From NCBI GenBank assembly GCA_051294905.1, contig CM119375.1:1240001-1304000 (forward strand): DNA of 64,000 nucleotides. The letters are read 5' to 3'. Position 1 is the first letter of the stretch. The number at the start of each line of letters is the position of its first letter. Made by a program: the position numbers and the translations under genes. Shown here piece after piece: positions 1 to 15,616 of the stretch. The notes beneath the pieces are model-generated. The model ran no database searches. It saw only the letters and a list, made by a program, of their open reading frames with translations, and was not told the DNA's origin. The stretch is from Botryllus schlosseri (Eukaryota).

Positions 1-19
1 ACAACAATTTCTTCAGGTA

Positions 20-235
20 TCCAGCAAAATTTGTAATTTTGATTTTTTTGAATAAATTGAAAACTTTGTCCTCTAATAGCGGTGTCTCTAGAGGTTGGAA
101 TTGAGCCAAACTTGGTTTTAGGCATACCTTACAATTTTATCACCTATAGCCAGTAAATTTTGAAAAAGGATTTTTTTGAACGGGGCATAGTGTGTAATGT
201 CATAGTGTGCAATGGCGATAAAAATTGTACACATA
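20..235. repeat. Partial copy of the 43.4-44.0 kb fold-back family
   Basis: GGTTGGAATTGAGCCAAA..TGGT core and CAGCCAGTAAA.TTTTGAAAAA shared with 42480-42670 and 43480-43930. Confidence 0.65.
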
Positions 236-310
236 AATCAGCGGTAAAGCTAGCTGTCATGCATATACCAGTATAATGCAAAAAAATCATACAAAAACAC
301 CCGGACATAC

Positions 311-5543
<5,233 letters not shown>

Positions 5544-5572
5544 GATGGATCGACTAAAGATTAACTACAGTC

Positions 5573-5590
5573 CTGAAATACAAGTTACAA
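5573..5590 (-). promoter_or_regulatory. Splice-acceptor-like site 29 nt upstream of the ATP6V1B start codon (5'UTR intron or trans-splice outron)
   Basis: Minus strand reads ...gttattgtaacttgtatttcAG|GACTGTAGTTAATCTTTAGTCGATCCATC-ATG. No partner exon could be assigned with certainty. Confidence 0.4.
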
Positions 5591-7135
5591 TAACAGTCAG
5601 ACACAAGAAATATATAGTTACAGCATCAGACTAGGTGGAAACAAGTGTGGTTTAGATCATATTCCGCAATCCTCTCATCAAATATACACAAATCCAGAGA
5701 ATTGGTTGCTTTAACTGACTTGTGTGGATAAAATTAGGTCAACACATCGACTATTAATCACCTGCATTACCGGAAATACTTTTCAACGTTATGTCGTGCA
5801 AGATATAACATTCATGACAGGAGCTACAGTTACTACAGTTTTGACATATGGTAGTTGACCTCGTATAGTCTACAAAATTAACAATATGGTGCAATCTATA
5901 TAGCGATACAAACCATATTATCAAGTCACAGTGAAAACACGACAGTAAAATAACACTTGTACATCAAGAGTATAGTTTAGTATTAGCACCAAGCTTCACA
6001 GTCAAAGTTACATATAATTGAAGTACGGCAACAAAATACAAGAAGATACTGCACTCATACAACTTATGATTGGAATACGAAGGTATCCTACAAATATACC
6101 AACATGAATATGAGCAATTGAACATACAGATACAACAAAATACCAAGGATTGCAATTCATGTCAATGTCAGACTTCAATAAGCCGTGCAATATATTTTGA
6201 AATGTTTCTCAGTGGTACAACAGAAAATGGCGATGATATATGGAATGTTACTTGCTCCTAATGATAACATCAAGCAATGCCTCAGCTGAGTGATATCGTG
6301 TAAAACAAGGGCAAGACATGGTATCTCTCCATTCAAGCAAAAAGGGGACGTTAATTTTTAGACCCTCACATTATATTCAGAGACAATGGCATGTGAACAA
6401 AAACATAGGTTTGGGATTTGGCAATATTGAAAGGTAGACGCATAGGAGTTCAATGTTGATACCAGAGTATCTCCGCTTTACCGAACTGGATCTGAATAAG
6501 ATTTATAGCGATGCATTTTTTTCCAAATTAGATTAAAATATTACCGAATTTGCAAAAACTTGGCAATTTAATTAAATTACGAGATACAAAGTAATGCATC
6601 AAAAATCAAGTTTAGTTCATATCTGTGATATTCATAAGCATGAGAATGTCTGAAGCCAGACTTGGCTAGTTTCGCGCAATACAGTTCTCCTGTAGTATTT
6701 CCAGGAGACCGGAAGTGTGAATAGAATTAAAATTGAAGAAAAATAACATTTCACATATTCCTAATTGCATTCAACAGAGGGCATTGGTCATTTGGCAAAA
6801 GTCATCACAGTTTTACTGACCACATTCCGTTATTTGATAATACACAGAAAAAAGCAGTTGTAATAGAGTTTTGATAGCAGTACGGAGAGTAATAAAGTGA
6901 ATGTTATTATTTCAAGTACATTGTACATATGACAATACCATCTCACAGTAATGTATGAAAAGGAACTGCACGGTGATGCAATACTTTGCTACCAAGAGAT
7001 ATACAGGGATATACCAACATATATTGTGATGTACAGCTGCAATACAAATGATAATCACAGATCAGCACAGTTATATACCTGCATCTCGTATAAAGACAGC
7101 TTACTTAATACTCCCTGCCAAATTATACGCAGAAC

Positions 7136-7756
7136 CTAAGACTTAGTACTCGGACCGGTAAATTTTTCGGCTTTGAGTTTCAATATGAGTTGTCTCATGC
7201 GGGTCACGTCACTTTTGATGCTACGATTATTGGGGTTGAGATCGCAAAGCTTCGCAACATACTCCCATCGAGTTAGTTCCCCATCTCCGCAAGCCATGAC
7301 AGAATTTGTGAATCCAATTTTTTGTTGTACTATCGATTCCACGTCGGTCAAAACATCATTGGATTGTCTTTTTTCTTTCTTTGATTTTTCTATCATATTA
7401 GTGTAGTTTTGAAGCCATGTTTCATACTGTGATTTTGCACCCGACATCATTTCCTCCTGTCTGCATTTTTCTTCGCTGTCTTTTCTCTTCAAGCGCTCTG
7501 CTCTTTCTTTGCGCCATCGAATAATATTTTCAGGTTCTACTGCTTCAACAGGATTATCTATTGGTGCTTCTGTATTTTCCGTTTCTTGGCAATTGTCGAC
7601 TTCAGTTTCAGTGTATGGGTTCACAGTATCTGGCATTTCATCCCCAATCATGTTCAGCGCATGTCCAATTGATTCCATATCGAACGTAGTGCTTTCAGAC
7701 TTGTCAACAGGCTTGGCTTCGTTAGAGCTTTGATCATTATCTGACAAGAAGTCCAT
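7136..7756 (-). CDS. CLTA/CLTB: Clathrin light chain, divergent, intronless CDS (206 aa from the ATG at 7756)
   Basis: ORF 7136-7798 contains EPENIIRWRKERAERLKRKD (heavy-chain-binding region, cf. EPESIRKWREEQ) and WEYVAKLCDLNPNNRSIKSDVTRMRQLILKLK (cf. WERVARLCDFNPKSSKQAKDVSRMRSVLISLK). The ATG at 7756 has good context (gcgaccATGG) and lies 19 nt after an acceptor tttatattcAG (7776-7777). Confidence 0.92.
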   Translation of the reverse strand: MDFLSDNDQSSNEAKPVDKSESTTFDMESIGHALNMIGDEMPDTVNPYTETEVDNCQETENTEAPIDNPVEAVEPENIIRWRKERAERLKRKDSEEKCRQEEMMSGAKSQYETWLQNYTNMIEKSKKEKRQSNDVLTDVESIVQQKIGFTNSVMACGDGELTRWEYVAKLCDLNPNNRSIKSDVTRMRQLILKLKAEKFTGPSTKS

Positions 7757-7774
7757 GGTCGCGACCAAACTAAT

Positions 7775-8420
7775 ACTGAATATAAATTGCCGAACCACAG
7801 TCCCTATTAAAACTACAGAAGTTCAAGCCTCACCTAAAATGACGAAAGATAGTTGATGTTTTCAAAATGAACACAGTGTGGCAAATAGACGGCTTACTTA
7901 CTGCAGCATCTGCCAGAATTATCAATATATTGATCGGTACCTGACTAAAGCGAGCATATAAGAACACTGACGAGCAAAAACAGTACCATACAGCAGCATG
8001 TCACGAACCGAGGGCCGGAGACATGCACATATTTCGGTAATTCTGCACGGCACAGCATATGGAATAATACACGTTAATTACACATATATTTCGTTTGGAT
8101 TATCACGGTTATTGGATCCATTAATGGTAGTTTCTACGATCGAATACCAACTACTATTTTCAGCCGAATCTTGAACTCAGACATCAAAAATTTGTGCCGG
8201 TGTCACAAGATACATAAATACATCACGTGATTTCTCACATGATCGATCGCTTTGGTCGTTCTCGTTCAGTTGTGCATTTTTATTTCAAATATCCTCTTCA
8301 CAATATCCTTCGATTATTAAAATATATCGATGAGTACGCATTCATATTAATACACTATAGGTTGCCATTACTTTATTTTGCTTTTGATTGAGTTCATGTT
8401 GGGTTACCTGTACCCATGGG
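7775..8420 (-). other. Candidate non-coding 5' exons of the clathrin light chain gene (exon ending 8408; exon 7902-7966)
   Basis: Strong donors ACAG|gtaacc (8408/8407) and GCA|gtaagt (7902/7901); acceptors ttttgctcgtcAG (7967-7968) and tttatattcAG (7776-7777). Splice-signal inference only. Confidence 0.35.
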
Positions 8421-8556
8421 AGCGCTGTGAAGCTGCTTTGCGAAAGTTTATCATTTCAAAACAGCACTAGATTGCTATTATAATGAAAAGATGAGCTATG
8501 GTGGAAGTGAGAATGTGACATTGTATAGTGAAAGAATAGACTTATATAGAGATTAA

Positions 8557-10601
8557 GGGGGTAAGGTACTCCCAGATCATCAAAATTTTTCATAATTTTT
8601 TTATTGCAGAATTACAAAATATGAGACTAGCTCTTTCCAAAAATGTAATCATCCTGCATGATTTCAAGCTATAAGTAGGTTAAAATTCCATTTAAAATCT
8701 CTCATTTTCGTAAAAATTCCAGACCCACACCCCCCCATATTTTTAACCAGCTCAAAATTGTCACTAAAGACCACATCCTTATAATTTAAACAGTTATTAA
8801 AAAGAGCCATATCTGTAATCACTCAAGCATGAATATCATAACATTCTCTGGCAGCCAAAGCAGTTGTAAAGCACTCGCAAGACACTGTTATCAGCTATCC
8901 TGTTGTCGGTGGCTGATTTTTGAATTATTTTACTTATCAAGATAATATTGCGAGAAAACTGATAGTTAGTTGTGATTTTACAATGGGCGGGACAAAGATA
9001 ACAACAAAACAGGCATTTGACCAGAGAAGGAGAAAATATTATGATAAAGTCATTCGAGAAAAGTTTGGAACTTTTATCTGCTTTGAAGTCTGATGGTGGT
9101 GGATGGAATTCAGAGGAAACCTTTTCCTAGCAAGTCATGCATGGTGCAGTTATTCAATGTATTGTGACTTGCCCTGACTGTGGTTCAACAGGCAGGGGCT
9201 ATTGGCAAAATATCCAGCAACAGCAAGGCTTTGCCACAGAGATTAGCATCGGAGTGTCGTGCTGCAAGAAAGAAATTTTTCGTCGGTTTACCTCATCAAA
9301 AGAGATGATGTTGAACAGGAAGGCAAAAGCATTGTCATCACCAGATAAACACCAAAGTGGAGCCAGTATTATCATAATGCCATCGTAAATGGTGCACCAG
9401 ATGCACAGGAAGCATCGAGGAAGTGTGGGCACTACTGATGCCCAACAGCTCAACTCCAGAAGAACCGATGCACGGCAATTGTGATGAAAAGAGGTGCTTT
9501 TATTTGAAGGCAGAACTTGCAGATGCTACCGATCCAATCCGCAAGTATCCGCTGACATCCAAAATGTATCAAACGGTCAAACCCGACTTCAAGGACCTTG
9601 CAAGTATTGAGCTTTTTTCAAAGTGCATGACTTTGCAAATGCAGAATGCTAAGGGTTATGCAACTCTAATTAGTATTGGAGTGTCATGATGAAATTGATG
9701 CTAAAAATTCTATGTTCGGGGGACATATGGGTGTAGTATCTTCACTCACACCACCTGCAATCAGTATTTTGACAATTTCGCAGTATTCTTGATATGTTGT
9801 TTCATCTTTACAACATCTAACTGATGTCCAATTCAAGGTTTGTAAATTTTTCGAATCTGGTATAGCAGTTTTGAGTAAAAAATCATCAAATCACTCATAC
9901 TTTTTATGACTGATTTTGCATTTAGGCACATTCAATTGTCTTCAAATTTGGCTATGTACTGATTAAAGCATGCCTGTACCATTTAAAAGCAACAGATTTC
10001 AAATACCTGCTCTACTTTTTCAATAAAATATTTTTCAATTTTCAAAGTTGATTTTCTCCTATTTCTAGTTTTTGTTAATATGGTGTCACGGGGACAGGGA
10101 ATTTTGATATCAGAAGACCTTCAATCCTTATCAAACTTGGCTCAGTACAAGCAGTAGGACTGTTCTACCTGCTGAAACTATTGTTTCTTCTATAAGAGTT
10201 TTAGTTTACTGACTTTGCTACTTATGATCTGAATTTTATGAAAAAAAATCGAAAATTCGGCACCGTATCAGTATCAAACACATATTTCGTAAAATTTTTC
10301 GAAAAATCGGAAGTTTCAAGCGTTTCAGCAGGTGCTTAGAGGCCTCAGGACACTTTATGAAGCATTGTTTAGGATCTCTCGGCATCCATCGAAGAGACAG
10401 GCGTTTCCCCGTGCTAACCGTCCGATTCACCAATCTCCCCCCCAATTCGGGCCCAAGGAATTTTTTTAAAATGCTAAAATTTTTACAGTGTATGAAGTTG
10501 AGTATAAATAGTTTACATACCAATTTTTGAGAATCTAGGATTGACTGTTCATGAAATATCGCAATTTGAAAATTTTGTGAGTCTAGCAGTACCTTACCCC
10601 C
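8557..10601 (+). mobile_element. Kolobok-type DNA transposon, internally deleted non-autonomous copy (2045 bp)
   Basis: Perfect 14-bp terminal inverted repeat (TIR) GGGGGTAAGGTACT (8557-8570) / AGTACCTTACCCCC (10588-10601), flanked by TTAA on both sides (8553-8556, 10602-10605). RR...YY termini with TTAA indicate Kolobok rather than piggyBac. Transposase remnants lie inside. Confidence 0.85.
9137..9689 (+). pseudogene. Kolobok-type transposase remnants
   Basis: N-terminal piece CPDC...QQQQGFATEISIGVSCCKKEIFRRFTSSK resembles the CxxC...KGLAS...CxxC...FxTS zinc-knuckle region. C-terminal piece VWALLMPNSSTPEEPMHGNC...VKPDFKDLASIELFSKCMTLQMQNAK resembles IWA..H..STDE.P.H..C...IKPIF.DLS...LL.KCL.G.TQN.NES. 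The catalytic core between them is missing. Confidence 0.75.
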
Positions 10602-10953
10602 TTAATAAGATTGTTCTGTAGGCTAATGGACGATTCTCACCGCTTTAGCGCCCCTTGTGGATGGTTGGCCAGAGTGATTTCGCCTCCATAAGGCTAGCAT
10701 TGTCAGCAAAGGCAATCTCATTATTTTGCCCTTCTGGCGACGCTTTACTGCGAGCGTATGAGTTCTTAGTTATTGCTACAGTCCTTATGACTGATTTCAT
10801 GTAATTGCTAGCAAAATCAGGACCCTATTTCTTCACTAGTTGTTTGAGAATCCTTATCCGTTGAACTGCATTTTGCCAAAATGCACTGATGCCAATGTTT
10901 ATCTCCAATGTCTCAAATGGCAGGAACATTGTAGACAGTAATCGAACCGAGAG

Positions 10954-11660
10954 TATGGAACTAGTATATTCCGGGTTGTTGACGGGTTTACCCACGTTCA
11001 GTTTTGCTGACGAAGATTGCCAGTGAATCGAGGGGCAGTGGAAATAACAAAGATAAAAGGATATAAATTATTCGCTGAGTCTTATATAACAGATTTTAGA
11101 GGTATGTAGAAATTTACACCAGCAAATAGGTCGTTGGTAGATATTTTCAAGCAGTTCAGTCGTTGGCTCTCACCTGCCTTTCCGTATTTTTATTTGAGAA
11201 CTAGTAGTAATGACTTCGCAAGTAGCATCAGTAATCAGTTTGATCATCTCGGTATCTGCACAGTGTTGAGCGATGTACAGCACTTTGCAGGCAATGTGAT
11301 GTTGTATAATATTGAATCAATTTTTTAGTTATTTGTATTTTCAGCATGTCACGACACTGCAATTTTCTACGTGCAGGCGAAGAGCTATCATACCATGTCG
11401 AGAAACAGCCCTCTTCACAATTTGAAATTGACAATCAATAAACTATATTTTCTCGAAGAGAATGACAATTACTTTTATCAGGTCATGGGCCAACTAGCTT
11501 TAACAGGACTGTCATGGTGTGAGTTCGTGGTATACACACCTTCTAAAAAGGTCTACATAAACTAAATTTATGCTGATGAGATTGTATTCAAAGAAATATT
11601 CTCCAAACTTGAAAAATTTTATTTCAAATTTTTTTTGCCTCTCGCTCCCGTCAATGCGTG
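10954..11660 (+). pseudogene. YqaJ-like (lambda-exonuclease family) nuclease pseudogene
   Basis: LEENDNYFYQVMGQLALTGLSWCEFVVYT (11371-11565), then after an in-frame stop IYADEIVFKEIFSKLEKFYFKFFLP: the YYQxQGQ...W CxFVV...KLxxFY signature of eukaryotic YqaJ domains. Upstream fragments are LPTFSFAD and KGYKLFAESYITDF. Stops and frameshifts are present. Confidence 0.8.
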
Positions 11661-12328
11661 ATATTGGTAAAGCAATAACTTGTAGAGCTAAGTATAAGCA
11701 GTGAAATTGTTCACAAATATTAACGAATTATACGAAGCTTTAAATACGAGTACAAAATACTGCCGCATATTCTTATTTTCCAGGTGCAGATGTGCCATAT
11801 TGACCAACCACAACGCCGTGGACCATGGAACGATGGACATTATTTCAAGATCTGATGACGAACTGCCTAGAACTGTCAGTGACACCCAACCCATTTGCTG
11901 GATATGAAAGGGTCATGGCGACCGCGGGAGATATTTCATTTTAACCGGGTTTATATTTTGGTCTCCATGGTGTTCTCATGCACCAAACCCCTCACTTCCA
12001 GTTGTGCCCCGGATAGCTCTGCATAACTGGCTACGTCCATTGTCTACTTGCCTAATTCGTCAATATAAATAACGCACAGAACTGTCGAAAGTTGATGATT
12101 TATTGAACAGGTGGGTAATGAAAGGATTGCACGCTATGATAGAATAGCAGTCAACCATGCCTCAAGACTTGCGTGTATCCTCCGTTCAGTGTGCTAGAGG
12201 ATTTGTGAATATACGCATCGTCATTGAACCTTGTAATAACGTTTCGTTCAGACCTTGCGATCGCTAGCTGCGAAGAGAGAGACAATTGGCAGTGCAGATA
12301 GAGCAGCGCAGATAGAACGTCAATCAGA

Positions 12329-12680
12329 AAACTATAATAGCATATTAGGAACAACAAAGGACCTAGTTCCAGATTCCTTAGAAACTACATGAAGAGTGAT
12401 TCAAACAAATTAGCCTACATGCTACAGTTTTTAGATTGCGAAATTCAGACAAATTACATGCTAAGGTACTATAGTTTCCAAATTGCAAAATATAATAGCA
12501 TACTAGGAACTATAAAGGACCACGTTCCAGATTCCTTAGAATCTACATGAAAAGTAATTCAAACAAACTACATGCCAACTGCCAAGGTACTAGTTTCCAA
12601 ATTGCAAAATATAATAGCATATTAGGAACAACGAAGGACCTTGTCCCAGATGCATTAGAAACTACATAAAAAGTAATGGA
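12329..12680. repeat. Three imperfect tandem copies of a 120-160 bp unit
   Basis: Core ATAATAGCATAYTAGGAAC..AAGGACC..GTYCCAGAT.C.TTAGAA.CTACAT.AA.AGT.AT recurs at about 12329, 12487 and 12606. Confidence 0.85.
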
Positions 12681-12754
12681 GAAAAGTTACATGGTAGGAA
12701 TATTCAAAACAACGGGCCCCTGAAGTTAGTGAGAAGATATGCCACACACCACAA

Positions 12755-12852
12755 CTGATTAGCAATACCCATTTTTCCTTGTTTCTTCTTTAACAGGAAA
12801 CCTGTGAAAAGATAAATTCATCGTCATTGTTACATATTGGAACGCAACAGTG
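12755..12852 (-). pseudogene. THAP zinc-finger domain remnant (transposase N-terminus)
   Basis: Minus strand gives HCCVPICNND / LSFHRFPVKEETRK / KWVLLI across two frameshifts, matching the THAP CxVPxC...SFHxFP...W pattern. Confidence 0.75.
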
Positions 12853-13160
12853 CAAATGGGATCTTCCTTTCACAGTCCGCAGTCCCTTATCTGCATTCAT
12901 ATCCGATTTCCTATAAGCTCTATAAATAGGCTATAGATTTTTTTAACGGTACTTTGCAAATCAACCTGTACAGATAAAACATAAAGATTATTAGTCGAAT
13001 AAATTTACTACTTTATATGCGTTATGACCAACTATTTCACAGATAGGGTTATGCTATGGCCTCAAAGTGTATCTGGTATATTACTTGTTGGTCCTGTGAA
13101 TATACAGCTGTCGAGTCGAGTCATCAGAAAATCATGACTAGAGTCATTGCCGCCTTGGCT

Positions 13161-13232
13161 GTGATACAGCTAATACCTGAGTGATACAGCTGATACTTGG
13201 GTGATACAACTGAAACAGCTGTGATACAGCTG
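13161..13232. repeat. 20-bp-period minisatellite rich in CAGCTG E-boxes
   Basis: GTGATACARC at 13161, 13181, 13201 and 13221. Confidence 0.85.
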
Positions 13233-15132
13233 CATATCCACAGGGCCTTACTTGTTCCCCGACTTTTTTATGAGTGAAAAGTTCTCACACACCGGCACAA
13301 GAAAGCTTTGTAAAACGACTGTAAACCAGTTCGGTTTTTCGCTCAAAAACATTGTATAGTATTGATGAGTATTTTATCAATACTTATTTTGCACCAAAAC
13401 GCGGAACCACCATAAAGCGAAAACGCACGGCGTTAAATAACGTAACCTACTCCAAAACAGCCACCTGCGCCTATGAAGCACAATTCAGCTCTGGCCAACC
13501 ATAGGCCAAGATGGCGGCGCCCGAGAGCAAAAATGAAAATCGTCCATTCCCATTGAGTATGCTGCTGTGCATATGGCTCTTTTCAGCACATCACTCGATA
13601 TGTATCGGCGAGATAACGTAATGCTAGGGCGTCCAGTTTCTTGAATCTTCATCGATTCCATTTCCGACCGGGCTAGGCCAAATGAGCGAACGTAAAACTG
13701 GTAGCCTCGGCTTTCCCCGCTCGGCCCTCAGCTCCGACTGGGATAGCGTGGACGGGATAAACGGTGGTACAGTGCAGTATCGATAGCCTAACCAACGGTT
13801 CCTTCACGAACAGATCTTTCCTTCCTGTTACTATGTAATGCTCATATACGCATTGCTTATGCTTCACGCTAGTTATGCTACTTTCAAGAAGAGAGATTCA
13901 CAGTTACGCGTTACCGGACATTGCCAGGTGTGGTCTGCTATATATGTTGGCTGATAGTTGTACTAATTCATGTACATTATGTGTGAATAATATGAATACG
14001 GCACCAATTGTACAAAATGTACATTGAAGTTCTCTTCCCCCCAAAAAGCTCTTTTATTGTCCCATTGATCACTTTCGGAAAAGATCAGGAAATGTAGTCA
14101 AAAATAGGCTGCATAAATCTGCTCCGCGTTATGCTGATTCACATAATCACTTCCGTCCATCTGCTAGGCCAGAGGGTTGGTTTTAGGTGGTGCAGTCACG
14201 GCCCTGCACCTAGGCTACCATGTTGCTGCTCAAAACCAGAAATTCCTGCGGTAGGCCTACGCCTCACAAACCTATGAATACCACCCATAAGACGTGCATA
14301 ACGTCTCAAAATCCAAGTGTCGATTAAATTCGGATAAGCAAATTTATTGAAACGACGCGAAGGCAGAAATACGAATAAAACAATAAGAAACGTAAAAAAG
14401 TACATCGAAATCAGTAGCATCCACAGTACTTTCGACCAGCGGCGTGCGTAACCAGCGCGTGCCGAGGCCCTCCATTAAAGTGATCAAGCGCATCAGATAC
14501 ACGATATGTCAAGAAAATAATCTACAAGATACGCCGTGTACCACGCAGCTAACCCAGGCGCGTAATTAACGATCGAACAACAGTCATTCTGCATTTTTAT
14601 ATTTACACGCGCGCGTTTTGGGTTGGCGGTTAAGCTATCGACAGAACGCAGTATAGTCAGCAACCAGTCTGATGGCGATCGCCGATCATTGCCTGCACGT
14701 ATCGAAGCACTTATAATGTCTGCCAGAATTAGGTCAGTGTGGGAATGCGTTATACGCAAGAATTAAGAACCCGGGGACATGTCAAAATGTACAGCCTCCA
14801 AGCCTACACACCACTGTATCGAAGAAATAAATCGAATTAACAAAAATACGGGTACATCAATTAGTTAATTGTGGATTTTTCAGTTTACTTTCCTTGTTTT
14901 ACGTTTAGATCGTATCTAATATTTGCGCAATGGCTTCCCGTGCTAAAAGAAGAAATTATCATGAAAGTTAATTCATCCTTGGCTTTACATATCAACACGA
15001 CGTAGAGTGTACCATGGTGCTTATTGTGAGTTGTATTTATATCATTGATCGTTCTAGTTACCGGTTGATGTATCAACCAGTTTTTGTAGAGCTGTTTAGG
15101 GGTACAGAACGTCACTATTCAATTAAAGAACG

Positions 15133-15243
15133 TATTCATACCGAAATAAACCCGAATATTTTCGAATTTACATCAATTGCGCCTGACGAGCGCCAGCCGA
15201 AAATATTCGAGTTTATTCCAATATGAATATATTATTCAATTGC
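15133..15243. repeat. Collapsed MITE family A palindrome downstream of the NHS-like stop codon
   Basis: 32-bp arms 15133-15164 and 15198-15229 (28/32 Watson-Crick). Confidence 0.85.
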
Positions 15244-15616
15244 GAATTGAAACCAGCTTTTATTAAAATAACGTTCAATTTTTTAAAATGTTGAAAAAAC
15301 CGGAGACATTGAATTTTAAAAATTCCAAAGCAGGCCATAACGTAAAAAACACCGGGAACCCCGGATTTAAATCGTCAGAATGAAATTGCAAGTCCACAAC
15401 ATTAATCGCGTAAGCCGAAAACGTAAGTTTTTCATTAGATCGTTTCAATTTGCATGTAGTTCATTCACAGGCGCTCATCAAATCAGCCTAAAATATGAAA
15501 TCGGTCCCGAATCAACACGCGCCTTCGCGGGAAACCATCTCTCGTTCGGATAGCGCTTGCAGTAGAATAGAATTCGCGATCGCTCGCGCTGATGATTTGA
15601 TTATAATCGCAGGTGG

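Larger units (their letters stand above)
10622..13551. mobile_element. Decayed ISL2EU-like (PIF/Harbinger-related) DNA transposon, about 2.9 kb, with convergent YqaJ and THAP genes
   Basis: Imperfect TIRs of about 75 bp: AATGGACGATT(C/T)TCA...ATGGTTGGCCAGAG...CATA(A)GGC at 10625-10695, mirrored at about 13470-13551 (ends CGTCCATTCCC|AT). YqaJ remnant on + and THAP remnant on - face each other. Left TSD not resolved. Confidence 0.7.

Noticed and set aside
1-30. Minus-strand ...GATACCTGAAGAAAAT (RIPEE-like) as the last V-ATPase B exon
   Set aside because: No PYENR/GWQLLRIFP sequence or acceptor precedes it, and it borders a repeat copy. Judged coincidental.
7757-7798. TTG/GTG-type extension MVRQFIFSISLVAT of the clathrin light chain ORF
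   Set aside because: Non-ATG start that spans a splice acceptor. The ATG at 7756 is the plausible start.
13600-14760. Several GC-richer short ORFs (13673-13867, 14196-14420, 14493-14759) as a small gene
   Set aside because: No recognisable motif and no consistent splice chain.
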